From: Bacteroidota bacterium
GTDB taxonomy: Bacteria > Bacteroidota > Bacteroidia > Bacteroidales > VadinHA17
Reading direction: 5' to 3'
Assembly: GCA_003250475.1 (NCBI GenBank)
Contig: QKGI01000136.1
Span: 19,188-83,187, forward strand
Length of the DNA stretch: 64,000 nucleotides
Under the pieces are notes generated by a model, which ran no database searches, had not been told where the DNA came from, and saw nothing but the letters and a program-made list of their open reading frames with translations. This document shows positions 36,289 through 45,330 of this stretch, one piece after another (position 1 is the stretch's first letter; each line of letters opens with the position of its first letter). The position numbers were made by a program, and so were the translations under genes.

Positions 36289-36996
36289 TCAGCGGGTTAA
36301 TAGTGTTCCGTTGTTGGTGCCTTCAGCCACTGCCTTAAGGTTTCCTTCATTGTTCATATCAAATACAACTACCGGCATGTTGTTTTCACTGCACAAGGAA
36401 AATGCAGTCTGGTCCATGACCTTCAGGTTCTTTTCAATAGCTTCCCTGAAAGTGAGGTTTTCATATTTTACGGCTGCCGGGTCTTTCTCCGGATCTGCCG
36501 TATAAACACCGTCCACGCGGGTGCCTTTAAGCAGCACATCGCAGTTGAGCTCCACGGCACGAAGGGCTGCAGCAGTATCAGTTGTAAAGAAGGGGTTACC
36601 TGTTCCTCCGGCAAGGATACAAACGCACCCGCAATCAAGCGCGGATGATACCTTGTCCCTGCTGTAAAGCTCTCCCACAGGTTCCATACGTATTGATGTA
36701 TAGACCTTTGCGCTGCATCCGGCTCTGGTCAGAAAGCTCTCCAGGGCCAGGCTGTTTATGACGGTTGCCAGCATGCCCATCTGATCTCCTTTCACCCGGT
36801 CATAGCCGTCGGCACTGCTGCCCAGGCCACGGAAGATATTCCCTCCGCCGATGACTATAGCTACCTGGCATCCTGATGCAACAACTTCTTTTATCTGATG
36901 TGCATAGCTTGTCAGTACTGTGGTTTCAAGGCCAGTGCCGTCGGGGCCTCCGGCAGACTCACCGCTGAGTTTAAGCAGGATCCTCTTGTATTTCAT
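36289..36996 (-). CDS. pyrH: UMP kinase
   Basis: 235 aa with RILLKLSGE, VIGGGNIFRG and GTGNPFFTTDTAAALRA motifs. Confidence 0.95.
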   Translation of the reverse strand: MKYKRILLKLSGESAGGPDGTGLETTVLTSYAHQIKEVVASGCQVAIVIGGGNIFRGLGSSADGYDRVKGDQMGMLATVINSLALESFLTRAGCSAKVYTSIRMEPVGELYSRDKVSSALDCGCVCILAGGTGNPFFTTDTAAALRAVELNCDVLLKGTRVDGVYTADPEKDPAAVKYENLTFREAIEKNLKVMDQTAFSLCSENNMPVVVFDMNNEGNLKAVAEGTNNGTLLTR

Positions 36997-37062
36997 TATA
37001 GCAAAATGTTTTTGACCGGAACGAAATTAGTAAAAAATGCACCCTGATCAATGCGGGTATAT

Positions 37063-37099
37063 AAAAAATGCAGCGGCAACCGGTGAGGGTGCCGCTGCA
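37063..37099 (-). terminator. intrinsic terminator after the DUF2892 gene
   Basis: Minus strand: TGCAGCGGCA-(11 nt)-TGCCGCTGCA (10-bp stem) followed by TTTTTT. Confidence 0.75.
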
Positions 37100-37122
37100 T
37101 GAAAGGTTCACAGCAGATGCCC

Positions 37123-37329
37123 TTATTCTTTCTTTTTCAGGGTACTTATCCTGAAGATGTAGTAGAGAGGGCAGGTCTGTGTCAGTGCGGTTACGGCCAG
37201 GATGATTGCAAGAATTATGAAAATTAATCCCAGAATCTTACTGACGCCAATGAAATAGACAATAACAAGCAAGGCTGCCATAACAAGCCTTACAATCATG
37301 TCAGTTTTACCAACATTCTTTTTCATCAT
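37123..37329 (-). CDS. small membrane protein, DUF2892 (YgaP C-terminal-like)
   Basis: 68 aa with two TM helices. It has a GKTDMIVRLVMA N-terminal pattern and a C-terminal TQTCPLYYIF pattern. Confidence 0.7.
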   Translation of the reverse strand: MMKKNVGKTDMIVRLVMAALLVIVYFIGVSKILGLIFIILAIILAVTALTQTCPLYYIFRISTLKKKE

Positions 37330-37511
37330 ATTAAGGTTTTAGTAATTAAATTCTTATGAATCGGTTATGTCTCTGATTTTAACGGTATTTATCTTCAGCT
37401 GGCTCATTAATCCGGATACATATGTGCTCCACAGGCATCATCGTTTTATCGATACAATTTACTAATATTTTGCGGTACCCGGACAAATAACATCAGAGGG
37501 CTTTGCTGTAT

Positions 37512-37544
37512 AAAAAAGAACGACGCCCGTTGCCGGCGTCGTTC
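37512..37544 (-). terminator. intrinsic terminator after tsf
   Basis: Minus strand: GAACGACGCC-(7 nt)-GGCGTCGTTC (10-bp stem) followed by TTTTTT. It lies 27 nt downstream of the tsf stop. Confidence 0.85.
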
Positions 37545-37570
37545 CCTGTATATATCCAACAGGATTATTA

Positions 37571-38401
37571 TCAGATATTCAGAGTATAGCGGATAAAACC
37601 AGTTGCTTTCAGCTCTTTGTCCTTGCTTTCAAGGTACTGTCTGATGCTGATTTTGCTGTCTTTGATGAACTCCTGATTCATCAGTGTGCTCTCCTTGAAG
37701 AACTTGTTCAGTTTACCCTGGGCAATCTTTTCAAGCATCTCTTCCGGTTTGCCTTCGCGACGGGCCTGTTCCCTTGCAATTTCAAGCTCCTGGGCAAGAA
37801 TTTTTTCAGGGACATCATCCTTGTCAACCGAAACCGGGTTCATTGCAGCAACCTGCATGGCGACATCCTTATATATCTGGATATCAAGGCCTGATTTGTT
37901 GAATCCTACCAGTGTTGCAAGCTTGTTTCCCGGGTGGATATAAGCCTGGACAGCCGGGGCATTTATACTCCCGAAGTATGAGAGTTCGAACTTCTCACCT
38001 GTGATACCGCTCTTTTCAAGCACCAGTTCAGCGACGGTTTTGCCATCAACAGTAACATTCTTGAGGGCTTCAAGGTCTGCTGCTCCGCTTTCCAGAGCCG
38101 CATCAAGTATCGTATTACCCAGTGCAATGAAGTCGGCATTCTTGGCAACGAAGTCAGTCTCGCAGTTAAGCGATATCATCATACCTTTGCTGGCATCAGC
38201 AGTGGTTTTGGCAAGTACCACTCCTTCAGTGGCCTCACGGTCAGCACGTTTGTTTGCAATAGCCTGACCTCTCTTACGTATCAGTTCCTGTGCTTTTTCA
38301 AAATCGCCCGCTGCTTCTTCAAGGGCTTTTTTACAGTCCATCATGCCGGCGCCTGTCATCCTTCTCAGTTTGGCGACGTCGGCAGCGCTAATATTTGACA
38401 T
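37571..38401 (-). CDS. tsf: translation elongation factor Ts
   Basis: 276 aa. The N-terminal UBA-like LRRMTGAGMMDCKKALEEA and the rest of the protein are typical of EF-Ts. It lies downstream of rpsB. Confidence 0.95.
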   Translation of the reverse strand: MSNISAADVAKLRRMTGAGMMDCKKALEEAAGDFEKAQELIRKRGQAIANKRADREATEGVVLAKTTADASKGMMISLNCETDFVAKNADFIALGNTILDAALESGAADLEALKNVTVDGKTVAELVLEKSGITGEKFELSYFGSINAPAVQAYIHPGNKLATLVGFNKSGLDIQIYKDVAMQVAAMNPVSVDKDDVPEKILAQELEIAREQARREGKPEEMLEKIAQGKLNKFFKESTLMNQEFIKDSKISIRQYLESKDKELKATGFIRYTLNI

Positions 38402-38428
38402 AGTATATTTTCTGTTTAATCGTTGATC

Positions 38429-39301
38429 TTATTCTTCTTCTTTTGTGCTCTCTTCCTCTTCTGCGGCAACCTCCTCTTCAGCTTTTTCCTCAGCATCATC
38501 AGCCTTCATCTCTGCCGGCTCTTCCTCATAGTCGAGTGCTGTGAATTTACCTTTATGTGCTCCTTCGGGGATATCTTCCCTGTCAGACTGTGAGCTGTCT
38601 TTGTCTTTCTCTGCCTTGCGTTCGTTAAGTCCCTCGGCTATTGCCTGGCACATGATCTCAATCACAAGTGATATTGACTTTGCAGCATCATCGTTTGCCG
38701 GGATAACAAAGTCGATATCTGAAGGATCAGAATTGGTGTCAACCATTGCAAATACCGGTATTCCCAGTCTCTTTGCCTCATGAACAGCGATACGCTCCTT
38801 GGATACGTCGACCACGAACAGAGCTGATGGCTGGCGGGTCATATCGGAGATCGATCCGAGGTTCTTTTCCAGTTTGGCCCTCTGGCGTGTGATCTGCAGC
38901 TTCTCTCTCTTGGAGAGATTGTCAAAAGTACCGTCAGTGGCCATTTTATCAATAGACCCCATCTTCTTTACCGCCTTGCGGATTGTCGGGAAGTTGGTAA
39001 GCATTCCACCCGGCCATCTTTCAGTGACGTATGGCATGTTTACGGCTCCGACCTTTTCAGATACGATGTCTTTCGCCTGTTTCTTCGTTGCCACAAATAG
39101 TACTTTACGTCCAGATTTTGCAATCTGTCTTATGGCAGAGGCGGCCTCGTCTATTCTGATTATTGTTTTTTCAAGGTCAATGATATGAATGCCGTTACGC
39201 TCCATGAAAATATAAGGAGCCATTGCCGGATTCCACTTTCTCTTAAGGTGTCCGAAGTGTACGCCGGCATCCAGTAATTCTTTGAAATTGGTTCTTGACA
39301 T
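38429..39301 (-). CDS. rpsB: 30S ribosomal protein S2
   Basis: The probable start is MSRTNFKELLDAGVHFGH (39301). It has WNPAMAPYIF and VDTNSDPSDIDFVIPANDDA motifs, and an acidic C-terminal tail. Confidence 0.95.
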   Translation of the reverse strand: MSRTNFKELLDAGVHFGHLKRKWNPAMAPYIFMERNGIHIIDLEKTIIRIDEAASAIRQIAKSGRKVLFVATKKQAKDIVSEKVGAVNMPYVTERWPGGMLTNFPTIRKAVKKMGSIDKMATDGTFDNLSKREKLQITRQRAKLEKNLGSISDMTRQPSALFVVDVSKERIAVHEAKRLGIPVFAMVDTNSDPSDIDFVIPANDDAAKSISLVIEIMCQAIAEGLNERKAEKDKDSSQSDREDIPEGAHKGKFTALDYEEEPAEMKADDAEEKAEEEVAAEEEESTKEEE

Positions 39302-39418
39302 TTTGATAATGATTGTTAAGTTTACGTTCTGTGAAGTCAATTGCAGAGTAGTTCCTCGCGGGAAGTCAATGCAATTTAGATACTAAACCTGCATCTATAA
39401 TTAATTGCTTTTGAACTC

Positions 39419-39805
39419 CTAACGCTTGCTGAACTGGAATCTCTTGCGTGCCTTTGGTCTTCCGGGCTTCTTTCTCTCAACCTCGCGCGGGTCGCGTGTG
39501 GTAAAGCCTTCAGCCTTGAGCTTGGGTTTGTACTCCGGATCGATTTTGATCAGAGCCCTGGAAATCGCAAGACGTACCGCCTCTGCCTGACCTTTGAATC
39601 CACCACCGTCAAGGGTGACTTTGATGTCATATTTGTCGGCAACATTGAGAAGGTTTAGTGGCTGAAGAACAACATACTGAAGGATCTCATTCGGGAAGTA
39701 TTGCTTATACTCCCTGTCATTGATCGTAATCTGCCCCTTACCGTCGCTCATATATACCCTGGCGACTGCCGCTTTCCTTCTTCCGATAGCGTTAATAACT
39801 TCCAT
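39419..39805 (-). CDS. rpsI: 30S ribosomal protein S9
   Basis: 128 aa with GRRKAAVARV, GGGFKGQAEA and a C-terminal KARKRFQFSKR. Confidence 0.95.
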   Translation of the reverse strand: MEVINAIGRRKAAVARVYMSDGKGQITINDREYKQYFPNEILQYVVLQPLNLLNVADKYDIKVTLDGGGFKGQAEAVRLAISRALIKIDPEYKPKLKAEGFTTRDPREVERKKPGRPKARKRFQFSKR

Positions 39806-39810
39806 GTTTC

Positions 39811-40266
39811 TTACTTAATGGTTTTTAAATCGATTTGTTTGGGTTGCTGGGCCTCATGCTTGTGCTCTGGGCCTTCATACACATAAAGGTTCCTGAAGAT
39901 TGCGCTTCCCAGCCTGTTTTTCGGAAGCATCCCTTTGACGGCATATTCAATCAGCCTTATGGGATGTTTCTTCATCAGCTCGTCAGCTTTGACGATCCTC
40001 TGGCCGCCGGGGTAACCGGTATGCCTGATGTACTCCTTGTCTGTCATCTTTGCTCCCGTCAGCGTAATTTTTTCTGCATTGATAACTATCACATTATCAC
40101 CGCAGTCAACATGAGGTGTGAAGCTTGGCTTGTGCTTCCCCCTCAGCATCAGGGCAACAACAGATGCCAGACGTCCGAGTGTCTGACCCTCTGCATCTAC
40201 AAGTACCCACTCTTTCTCAACAGTCGCCTTGTTGGCCGACACTGTCTTGTAGCTTAAGGTGTTCAC
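39811..40266 (-). CDS. rplM: 50S ribosomal protein L13
   Basis: 151 aa with [31 protein letters not shown] and GMLPKNRLG motifs. Confidence 0.95.
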   Translation of the reverse strand: MNTLSYKTVSANKATVEKEWVLVDAEGQTLGRLASVVALMLRGKHKPSFTPHVDCGDNVIVINAEKITLTGAKMTDKEYIRHTGYPGGQRIVKADELMKKHPIRLIEYAVKGMLPKNRLGSAIFRNLYVYEGPEHKHEAQQPKQIDLKTIK

Positions 40267-40309
40267 TTTGTACTAAGGTTTTGTTAATTAATGATTTTTC
40301 AAAATAAAA

Positions 40310-40336
40310 ACCCCAATTTTGGGGTCTGCAAAAATA
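40310..40336 (-). promoter_or_regulatory. candidate rplM promoter -7 box (TATTTTTG) followed by a terminator-like leader hairpin
   Basis: The minus strand reads GTTGTATTTTTGCAGACCCCAAAATTGGGGTTTTTATTTTG. There is an exact TAnnTTTG at 40329-40336. The hairpin ACCCCA/TGGGGT at 40310-40325 is followed by a U-rich run, about 45 nt upstream of the rplM ATG. Confidence 0.45.
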
Positions 40337-40596
40337 CAACTTATTTTTATTTCGAGCAATATGTTGTATTTTTAATTTCTTTATCATCTACATGTTAAGC
40401 AGAAACCCCAACCGGTCAACCAGTTCTTCCTGCCATCCTGCGGTTGTTCCCGGCCTGCTTCTATCCGGCTGGTTTTTACCGGCAGAAGGAAACAGGGCTT
40501 TTGTTACCTTACCGGATCACGATAGTTGCGGTCAGATTACCATAGCGGTATTCTTTTCGTATTTTTACACACTGTTACTTAGTACCTGCATATAAT

Positions 40597-41076
40597 ATGG
40601 ATATTAATTTTGAGGACAGAGAATTCCTCAGTATTGCGATAAGAACCGCAGAGGAGAACATTAGTGACGGAGGAGGGCCCTTCGGGGCGGTGATTGTCAG
40701 TGACGGCCGGGTAATTGCCCGGGCCGGCAACAGGGTTGTCACCGGGCATGATCCCACGGCGCATGCTGAAGTAATGGCAATCCGCATGGCCTCTTCCGCT
40801 CTGCAGACCCATGACCTCAGTAACTGTGTCATATATACTTCCTGTGAACCCTGTCCTATGTGCCTGGGTGCTATATACTGGGCAGGCATCAGCCGTATTG
40901 TCTATGCCTCTGACAGGTACATGGCCGCAGAAGCAGGGTTTGATGACAACCGGATCTACACAGAGCTGTCACTCGCCACCGGCAAGAGGAGTATAGTCAT
41001 GGACCAGGGTCTGAAGCATGAGGGTGACAGTGTCCTGAAAAAGTGGGAAGATTTTCCGGATAAAGTACCCTATTGA
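40597..41076 (+). CDS. guaD: guanine deaminase (CDA-fold, GuaD type)
   Basis: 159 aa, closely colinear with B. subtilis GuaD as I recall it: GGPFGAVIV, DPTAHAEVMAIR, YTSCEPCPMCLGAIYWA, AAEAGFDD. Confidence 0.85.
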   Translation: MDINFEDREFLSIAIRTAEENISDGGGPFGAVIVSDGRVIARAGNRVVTGHDPTAHAEVMAIRMASSALQTHDLSNCVIYTSCEPCPMCLGAIYWAGISRIVYASDRYMAAEAGFDDNRIYTELSLATGKRSIVMDQGLKHEGDSVLKKWEDFPDKVPY

Positions 41077-41082
41077 AAGGTT

Positions 41083-41595
41083 ATGACGAGCAGACTTGAA
41101 CGGACCTTCTTTCTTGACGACGCTGTCACTGTTGCACGGATGATGACGGGAATGTATATTGTCATAAATGCCGGGGAGAGGGCAGAAAGGTATCTGATAA
41201 CAGAGACAGAAGCCTACCTGGGACAAACCGACAAGGCATGTCATGCCAGCAGGGGAAGGACCGGCAGGACTGAGCCCATGTTTCTTGAGGGGGGGCACCT
41301 TTATATCTACTTTGTGTATGGAATGCACTGGATGTTGAATGTGGTCTCAGGCCCGGCAGAGTCGCCCCAGGCTGTCCTGATAAGAGGCGTTCAGCATTTT
41401 TCCGGGCCGGGCCGTGTAACAAAAGGCCTGGGCATTGACGGTAGCTTCAACCGTGAGGATCTTACAAGGTCCAGGAGGGTATGGATGGAGGACAGCGGTT
41501 TGCGGCCAGAACTGGTGGCAGGTCCGCGCGTGGGAATAAATTATGCCGGTGAACCATGGGTGAGCAAACCATGGCGCTTTATGATAAAAAATTAA
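41083..41595 (+). CDS. DNA-3-methyladenine glycosylase (Mpg/AAG family)
   Basis: ITETEAYLGQTDKACHASRGRTGRTEPMFLEGGHLYIYFVYGMHWMLNVV matches the AAG-family core. Confidence 0.9.
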   Translation: MTSRLERTFFLDDAVTVARMMTGMYIVINAGERAERYLITETEAYLGQTDKACHASRGRTGRTEPMFLEGGHLYIYFVYGMHWMLNVVSGPAESPQAVLIRGVQHFSGPGRVTKGLGIDGSFNREDLTRSRRVWMEDSGLRPELVAGPRVGINYAGEPWVSKPWRFMIKN

Positions 41596-41606
41596 ATATT
41601 GAAAAA

Positions 41607-44600
41607 ATGATAAAAGGATTCAGGCAGTTGAACAACATTACAGGGTGGGCGGTGTTCGCCGTTTCACTCGTGGTATATCTTCTGACAATTGAGCCTACTG
41701 TAAGTTTCTGGGACTGTGGAGAATTTATCCTGTGTTCATACAGACTTGAGGTCGGGCATCCGCCCGGTGCACCTTTATTCCTCTTGCTGGGACGGTTCTT
41801 TTCACTTTTTGCCGGGGGAGACACCTCAAAGGTGGCAATGATGGTGAACATCCTGTCAGCCCTGGCCAGCGCATTCACGGTTCTGTTTCTTTTCTGGACA
41901 ATAACCAGACTTATACGTTTTGGTACCGGAAGCGTTGAAAATATAAGTGGCGGAAAAGCGTTCGCAGTACTGGCAGGCGGAGCCATTGGCGCACTGGCCT
42001 ATGCATTTTCAGACACCTTCTGGTTCTCAGCCGTTGAGGGTGAGGTATATGCCACCAGCTCCCTCTTTACGGCCGTTGTCTTATGGGCTATGCTACGATG
42101 GTATGATGAGGCCGATGAACCTCATTCCACCAGATGGATCATACTGATTGCCTACCTGATGGGGCTCTCGATAGGGATTCACCTTCTGAATCTTCTCGCA
42201 ATACCCGTACTTGTCCTGTTATGGTACTTCAGGAAACGAAGGGTGACAGGGAAGGGAGTTCTCTATGCGCTTGTCACGGGCTTCCTGGTTCTCGGCGTAC
42301 TGAACTTTGTCTTTGTTCCTGGCGTGGCCAAAGTAGCCGGCTGGTTCGAATTGTTTTTTGTCAATACCCTGGGACTGCCATATAATACAGGGCTCTATAT
42401 CTACCTTGTCCTGCTTGTAGGACTGACAGTGTATGCCATATGGTATTCCCTCAGGAACAACAAGCTGATAATGAATTTTATTATGACAGTGGTTGCGGTA
42501 CTGCTTCTCGGGTATGCCTCATTCGCACTCATCATAATAAGAGCAAATGCTCATCCGCCCATGAACCAGAATGACCCTTCTGACGTGTTTTCATTTATTT
42601 ATTACATCAATCGTTCACAGTACCCCAGAGCACCATTTTTATACGGGCACTATTATTCGGCTCCTGTGACCGGGGTTACCAAGAAGATAGGCGGCTATAA
42701 CAAAAAGGATGGAAAGTATGTTCCATATTACTCGGCTGATTATGAATATGACAGTCGCTTCAACACAATCTTTCCAAGGATGTACAGCAGCGAGCCTGAT
42801 CATATTCGCCAGTACGAGTACTGGGGCAGGATTAAGGGGAGGAAAGTGACCATCAGGTCCGGGGGAGAGAGTGAACAGGTTACCATTCCGACTTTTGGGG
42901 AGAACCTGCGTTTCTTCTTCAGGTACCAGGTTGGGGTGATGTATCTGAGATATTTCATGTGGGACTTTTCAGGCCGGCAGAATGACATCCAGGGAAACGG
43001 GAATGTGATGGACGGTAACTGGATAACAGGTATACCGTTCCTTGATAATGCCCGCCTGGGTGACCAGGCAATGCTGCCGGCAGAAAACATCAACAACCCT
43101 GCACATAATACCTACTTTCTCCTCCCGCTGCTTGCAGGGCTGGCAGGCTTGTTCTGGCAATACCGGCGTGACAAGAAGGGAACCTCACTGGTATTTCTGC
43201 TGTTCCTGATGACCGGTCTGGCCATCATCACATACCTTAATCAGAATCCCAGCCAGCCCAGGGAGAGAGATTACGCATACGCCGGGTCTTTCTACGCATT
43301 TGCTGTCTGGATAGGGATGAGCGTGATGCTGGTATATGACCTTCTGAGGAAGTATATGAAGGAATTTCCCGCTGCCCTGATACCCTCACTATTGATAACT
43401 GCCGCCGTGCCGCTGCTGATGATACAGCAGAATTATGATGACCACGACCGGTCTGACAGATATACTGCCAGGGACATAGCCTCAAACTATCTCGCTTCCT
43501 GTGATGAGAATGCCATACTGCTGACTTACGGTGACAACGATTCATTCCCGTTATGGTACATTCAGGATGTCGAAGGTTACCGTACCGATGTACGCGTGGC
43601 AAACCTGAGTTATCTCCAGAGCGGTTTTTATATTGAGACAATGAGCCGCAAGGCATTTAAGTCTGATCCGTTACCATTTACTCTCGGTACTGATAAATAT
43701 ATTGAGGGAGAAAGAGTACAGCTTCCTGTTGAGGACCTGATAAAGGAGCCGACGCCTCTGAGAAAGGTGATTGACTTTGTTGGTTCGGATGATCCAAAGG
43801 CCAAGGTCGACCTGTCGGGCCGAGGCGACTACTTCAACTTCATCCCTGTAAAAGAATTTACCATCGATGTCGATTCGGCTCATGTGATTGCCACGGGAGC
43901 GGTGCGTCCCTATCATGCTGACAGGATATTAAACCCGTTTCTGTGGAAGTTCAGAGGATCCATGGCTATCAAAGATGACCTGGCAGTTATGGATGTCATG
44001 GCCGGAAATAACTGGGAACGACCTTTTTATTATTCGGTCACAGTGCCTGCTTCTACTTATATCGGGCTGGAGAACTTCTTCCTTCTTGAGGGGATGGCAT
44101 ACAGGATAAGCCCGATCAGAATTGATCCTCCGCCGGCAGGAGAAACCGGAATGGTTGATACCAGGGAGATGTATGAGAAGATGATGAACCATTACAAGTG
44201 GGGCAATGCAGAAAAGAGCGGGGTATACCTTGATGAAAACAACCGCAGAATGTTTGACGTCTTCAGACGACAGTTCGCTAAACTATCCAGGGCTCTGGTG
44301 CTTGAAGGAGATACTGTCAGGGCCATAGAGGCAGTGGAGAAGGGACTGGGCATAGTACCTCCCGAAAAGATGCCATATGATTATTTCAGTATCGATCTAG
44401 GTGAAGCCCTGGCTATGGCCGGGAAGAAGGAAGAGGGTGAGAAGCTGCTCTCCGACATTGTTGAAAACTCACTGGTTGCATTGAGATTCATTTCAACTCT
44501 TCCTGATGAGAAGACCTATGGTCTTGACTTTACCATATCAGTTTCGCTTCAGACCCTGCTTGACGTGTACAGGCTGGCAACCAGGTTCGGAATGACCGGG

Positions 44601-44660
44601 CTCGCAACAAGAGCTTCTGAAGAACTGACAAAGTATTACGGAGAACTGCCGGCGAGATGA
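41607..44660 (+). CDS. large polytopic GT-C-like membrane protein (DUF2723 family)
   Basis: The probable start is MIKGFRQLNN (41607). The N-terminus has TVSFWDCGEF...GHPPGAPLFLL, the hallmark of DUF2723. About 11 TM segments are followed by a soluble C-terminal region of about 450 aa. Confidence 0.75.
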   Translation: MIKGFRQLNNITGWAVFAVSLVVYLLTIEPTVSFWDCGEFILCSYRLEVGHPPGAPLFLLLGRFFSLFAGGDTSKVAMMVNILSALASAFTVLFLFWTITRLIRFGTGSVENISGGKAFAVLAGGAIGALAYAFSDTFWFSAVEGEVYATSSLFTAVVLWAMLRWYDEADEPHSTRWIILIAYLMGLSIGIHLLNLLAIPVLVLLWYFRKRRVTGKGVLYALVTGFLVLGVLNFVFVPGVAKVAGWFELFFVNTLGLPYNTGLYIYLVLLVGLTVYAIWYSLRNNKLIMNFIMTVVAVLLLGYASFALIIIRANAHPPMNQNDPSDVFSFIYYINRSQYPRAPFLYGHYYSAPVTGVTKKIGGYNKKDGKYVPYYSADYEYDSRFNTIFPRMYSSEPDHIRQYEYWGRIKGRKVTIRSGGESEQVTIPTFGENLRFFFRYQVGVMYLRYFMWDFSGRQNDIQGNGNVMDGNWITGIPFLDNARLGDQAMLPAENINNPAHNTYFLLPLLAGLAGLFWQYRRDKKGTSLVFLLFLMTGLAIITYLNQNPSQPRERDYAYAGSFYAFAVWIGMSVMLVYDLLRKYMKEFPAALIPSLLITAAVPLLMIQQNYDDHDRSDRYTARDIASNYLASCDENAILLTYGDNDSFPLWYIQDVEGYRTDVRVANLSYLQSGFYIETMSRKAFKSDPLPFTLGTDKYIEGERVQLPVEDLIKEPTPLRKVIDFVGSDDPKAKVDLSGRGDYFNFIPVKEFTIDVDSAHVIATGAVRPYHADRILNPFLWKFRGSMAIKDDLAVMDVMAGNNWERPFYYSVTVPASTYIGLENFFLLEGMAYRISPIRIDPPPAGETGMVDTREMYEKMMNHYKWGNAEKSGVYLDENNRRMFDVFRRQFAKLSRALVLEGDTVRAIEAVEKGLGIVPPEKMPYDYFSIDLGEALAMAGKKEEGEKLLSDIVENSLVALRFISTLPDEKTYGLDFTISVSLQTLLDVYRLATRFGMTGLATRASEELTKYYGELPAR

Positions 44661-45283
44661 TCCGAAATTATGGCCGGCCGTTTCCTGCAGGGATCATTTA
44701 CCCTGATGCCATTTACAGTCTGAGAGGTAACGGGAGGAGGCTCTATCTGACCTTTGATGACGGTCCTGATCCTGAGTCGACTCCCAAAATACTTGATATT
44801 CTTGAGTCACGTGATGTGCATGCGACCTTTTTCTGCACCGGGGCAAAAGTACTCTCTTCACCGGGCATATTTGCCCGGATAGCTGCCGCAGGACACACCA
44901 TAGGTAACCACGGCTACAGCCATCTTAACGGCCTCAAGACCTCAGTGAGGCTTTATTGTTCAGATGTATTGAGAGGGAGGGATATCACTTGCAGCAACCT
45001 TTTCAGGCCACCATACGGAAGGCTGCGGGTAAGGCAGTACAGGATACTTGAAAGAAGCATGAAGATCATTTTCTGGGACGTTATGACTTATGATTTCGAC
45101 AAAGCCCTATCTCCTGAAGCCTCTTATGGTATTCTGTCGAAGAGATACAGGCCAGGGTCGGTGATAGTCCTGCATGACACATCCTCCAGTACCGTGACAG
45201 GCTACCTTGACAGGTTCATCGGGCATGCGATGGATGAAGGCTATTCTTTTGGCCCATTGGATGATTATTCGCTTAATGGCTGA
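44657..45283 (+). CDS. polysaccharide deacetylase (NodB homology domain)
   Basis: LTFDDGPDPEST, TFFCTG, IGNHGYSH and RPPYGR motifs. It overlaps the upstream gene by 4 nt. Confidence 0.88.
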   Translation: MIRNYGRPFPAGIIYPDAIYSLRGNGRRLYLTFDDGPDPESTPKILDILESRDVHATFFCTGAKVLSSPGIFARIAAAGHTIGNHGYSHLNGLKTSVRLYCSDVLRGRDITCSNLFRPPYGRLRVRQYRILERSMKIIFWDVMTYDFDKALSPEASYGILSKRYRPGSVIVLHDTSSSTVTGYLDRFIGHAMDEGYSFGPLDDYSLNG

Positions 45284-45330
45284 TTTTTTCAGTCGAAATG
45301 CTATTTTTGAAAAGGAAAGGAATCTGTGTA

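Noticed and set aside
40392-40596. Purine/guanine riboswitch upstream of guaD
   Set aside because: I looked for the conserved purine-riboswitch core (three-way junction with UAUA...CUACC-type loops) and could not find it. The region contains no convincing conserved structure.
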